From an uncultured Acidobacteriota bacterium (lineage in GTDB: Bacteria > Acidobacteriota > Polarisedimenticolia > JACPZX01), in assembly GCA_964568735.1 (NCBI GenBank), contig CAZMRF010000007.1:15517-79516 (forward strand): a DNA stretch of 64,000 bases, in the 5' to 3' direction. Positions 61,851-64,000 of this stretch are shown piece by piece; positions within the stretch are counted from its first letter, which is position 1, and each line of letters begins with the position of its first letter. The notes beneath the pieces were generated by a model. It was not told the DNA's origin and searched no databases. It saw only the letters and a program-made list of their open reading frames with translations. The position numbers and the translations under genes were made by a program.

Positions 61851-63851
61851 GTGGACTTCTTCGCCCAGCAGGAGGCCGCGCGCCGGCAGTCGAAGCGGCT
61901 CGTCGTTCTCTTCATCCTCGCCGTGGCCGCGATCATCGTGGCGGTCTACCTCGTCGTCGGCCCCCTGTGGTTCATCTTCGCGGCCGGGAAGGGACACGTC
62001 CGGGAATGGCACTACTGGGATCCCGAGCGCCTTCTCCTGGTAACCCTGGGCGTCTGCACCGTGATCTTCCTGGGATCGGCCTATCGCATCGCGACGCTCA
62101 AGCAGGGCGGCGGGGCCACGGTAGCGCGCCTGATGGGGGGGCGCCCTGTGGATCCCGACACCCGGGATCCGCACGAGCGCCGGCTCCTCAACGTGGTCCA
62201 GGAGATGGCCATTGCCTCGGGGATCCCCGTCCCCGCCGTCTACCTGCTGGAGGGGGAGGATTCGATCAACGCCTTCGCGGCCGGCTTCGCGACGGACCAG
62301 GCCGTCATCGGAGTCACGCGCGGCTGCCTGAAGCTCCTCTCGCGCGATGAGCTGCAGGGAGTGATCGGCCACGAGTTCAGCCACGTCCTGAACGGAGACA
62401 TGGGGCTGAACCTCCGGCTGATGGGAATCCTGTACGGCATCCTCATCATCGCCATCATCGGCCGGCTCCTCATGCGAGCGCGGAGCGGGCGCGGAAAGGG
62501 CGCCGGTCAGGTGCAGCTCATGGGCCTGGGACTCTACGTCGTGGGCTACACCGGCATCTTCTTCGGGACGCTGATCAAGGCGGCGGTCTCCCGGCAGCGC
62601 GAATTCCTCGGAGACGCCTCGGGTGTTCAGTTCACGCGCAATCCCGGCGGGCTCGCGGGTGCGCTCAAGAAGATCGGCGGGCTGGCCTCAGGCTCGCACC
62701 TCGTGACGGCGCACGCGGAGGAGGCGACCCACTTCTTCTTCGGCGATGCCATGCGCCGGGGCTTCTCGGGATGGCTTTCCACTCACCCGCCGCTGAGCGA
62801 GCGGGTAGCGCGGATCGATCCTTCCTTCGACGGCGTCTTCCCGGCAGTGGATGGGACGGCTCTGAGCGCGACGTCGCCGGAGGCCGGTGACGCCCCAGCC
62901 ATTCCCTCCAGCGTGCCCGTCTGGCGTTCAGCGGCTGCGGCGCCCGCCGGCGTCGCGGCAGCGGCTGGTGCCCTCGGCATGGCGGGGCGAGCGGACACGC
63001 CTCCCACGGGCCGCCCGGGGTTCAATCCCGGAGCCACGGTGGCGCGAGTGGGCACGCTGGACCGTGCCCATGTCGATCACGCCGTGGCGCTTCTCGAGGC
63101 GCTCGGAGCCCCGCTCCTCGAGCGCTCCCGGAGCCTTCCCGGAGCCTTGATGGTGGTCTACGCACTGCTGATCGGGAGCGAGGCTCAGTCGAGGAAGAAG
63201 CAGGTGGAGATCCTCCGGCGCGCGCTGCCCCCGGCCCACATGGCCGATTTCGCGAAGGTCCTCCCGGCGCTGGAGGGCGCACCGCGCGAGGCCCGCCTGC
63301 CGTTGATGGACCTCGCCGTTTCGACGCTGCGCCGTCTCTCCCCGGCGCAGTTCCAGAGCTTCCACGAGACCGTCCAGGAGCTCGTGCGCGCCGACGATCG
63401 GATCGACCTCTTCGAGCTCGCGCTGAGCCGCGCGGTGGTACGGCACGTCGCGCCCGTCTTCGGCGGGAACCGCCCCCCGGAGGTGCGGTACCGGTCGATC
63501 CGCTCCATCTCCGGCGAGGTCTCGGGGCTCCTCACCGCGCTCGCGCGATGCGGGCAGCGGGAGCCCGAGGCCGCACGAAGCGCCTTCGAGTCGGCCAGGC
63601 TGCTCCTCGGGGACGAGGCCGGCCTGATCCGCATGCTCCCTCCCGGGGAGTGCGGCGTCGAGAGGATCGAGCGGGCTCTCGATGAGATGGCCCGGACCTC
63701 GCCGTCGATCAAGAAGACCCTGATCGCCTCCGCAACAGCATGCGTGATGTGGGATCGGACGGTCACGATGGAGGAGGCGGAGCTTCTCAGGGCCTTCGGC
63801 GACGCCCTCGACTGTCCCGTGCCGCCCTTCATCCCGGGAGTGGAGATCTGA
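61851..63851 (+). CDS. M48-family (HtpX-like) zinc metalloprotease with long C-terminal TerB-like helical region
   Basis: 666 aa, GTG start 9 nt after the lemA stop. N-terminal TMs, then HEFSHVLNGD (HExxH) and ..REFLGDASGVQFTRNP.. ; the C-terminal ~330 aa contain two ..DDRIDLFELAL.. / ..VTMEEAELLRAFGDAL.. helical motifs. Confidence 0.85.
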   Translation: MDFFAQQEAARRQSKRLVVLFILAVAAIIVAVYLVVGPLWFIFAAGKGHVREWHYWDPERLLLVTLGVCTVIFLGSAYRIATLKQGGGATVARLMGGRPVDPDTRDPHERRLLNVVQEMAIASGIPVPAVYLLEGEDSINAFAAGFATDQAVIGVTRGCLKLLSRDELQGVIGHEFSHVLNGDMGLNLRLMGILYGILIIAIIGRLLMRARSGRGKGAGQVQLMGLGLYVVGYTGIFFGTLIKAAVSRQREFLGDASGVQFTRNPGGLAGALKKIGGLASGSHLVTAHAEEATHFFFGDAMRRGFSGWLSTHPPLSERVARIDPSFDGVFPAVDGTALSATSPEAGDAPAIPSSVPVWRSAAAAPAGVAAAAGALGMAGRADTPPTGRPGFNPGATVARVGTLDRAHVDHAVALLEALGAPLLERSRSLPGALMVVYALLIGSEAQSRKKQVEILRRALPPAHMADFAKVLPALEGAPREARLPLMDLAVSTLRRLSPAQFQSFHETVQELVRADDRIDLFELALSRAVVRHVAPVFGGNRPPEVRYRSIRSISGEVSGLLTALARCGQREPEAARSAFESARLLLGDEAGLIRMLPPGECGVERIERALDEMARTSPSIKKTLIASATACVMWDRTVTMEEAELLRAFGDALDCPVPPFIPGVEI

Positions 63852-63867
63852 ACCCGGCCTCCCCTCT

Positions 63868-64000
63868 TCAGTTGCAGGCTCCGGAGAGCGGCACCCTGGG
63901 CTTGGGAGCATCCGCCGATCCGTAGGTGCTGGGATGCGGGTCGCGGTACTCCCCGACGTAGAACCAGGCCCGGCCCGGCCCGGGGATTTCCGTGTCCTCG
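63868..64000 (-). CDS. 3' end of an unidentified gene (partial); tail resembles the shared C-terminal Cys module
   Basis: My translation of the minus strand reads ..EDTEIPGPGRAWFYVGEYRDPHPSTYGSADAPKPRVPLSGACN-stop (TGA, complement of 63868-63870). GC3-rich. Compare DPEIPPPGSGHYYIV...SPACP in the 49852..53217 protein. Confidence 0.4.
   Translation of the reverse strand, partial: EDTEIPGPGRAWFYVGEYRDPHPSTYGSADAPKPRVPLSGACN

Overview
Very GC-rich (roughly two-thirds G+C by eye), densely coding bacterial chromosomal segment. I support about 43 protein genes. I saw no rRNA, tRNA, CRISPR array, transposase or integrase. All calls rest on motifs read in the translations and DNA; no searches or computations were run. 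The six-frame track is dominated by Arg/Pro/Gly-rich shadow ORFs antisense to, or out of frame with, the real genes, and several real genes start downstream of the track start. The track also accepts GTG/TTG starts. The lineage looks like an environmental Gram-negative (Acidobacteriota/Gemmatimonadota/Myxococcota-like: many Hanks kinases with TolB/TPR modules, SD-type RBSs), but this is only a guess. Gene content: three Ser/Thr kinases; an FkbO-like chorismatase next to a DAHP synthase; sucA; a PAP2/vanadium-haloperoxidase-like enzyme; vapBC; two tandem M36 (fungalysin-like) metalloproteases; a membrane locus with a UbiA-type prenyltransferase flanked by three large polytopic proteins; a visibly lower-GC 2.7-kb islet with a DUF4258/RHH pair and an AbiEi/AbiEii pair; an AlkP-family lipoprotein, GT-C-like protein and lgt operon; a Lif-like chaperone coupled to a Cys-rich anchored protein; pntAB-pntB; an APC permease; a BNR/FN3/TSP3 giant protein; a collagen-like protein; a CPBP protease; an amidohydrolase; a 6-7x repeat protein; and lemA with an M48/TerB-like peptidase. 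Four things seem most worth a second look. (1) The UbiA plus GT-C-like locus may be an undescribed lipid-linked-sugar envelope system. (2) A ~110-aa Cys-bearing module sits at the extreme C-terminus of at least three, probably four, large secreted proteins. (3) A family of ~113-nt intergenic elements has perfect 20-21-bp terminal inverted repeats. (4) Several translationally coupled pairs are unusual: GT-C/lgt and Lif-like/Cys-rich client.
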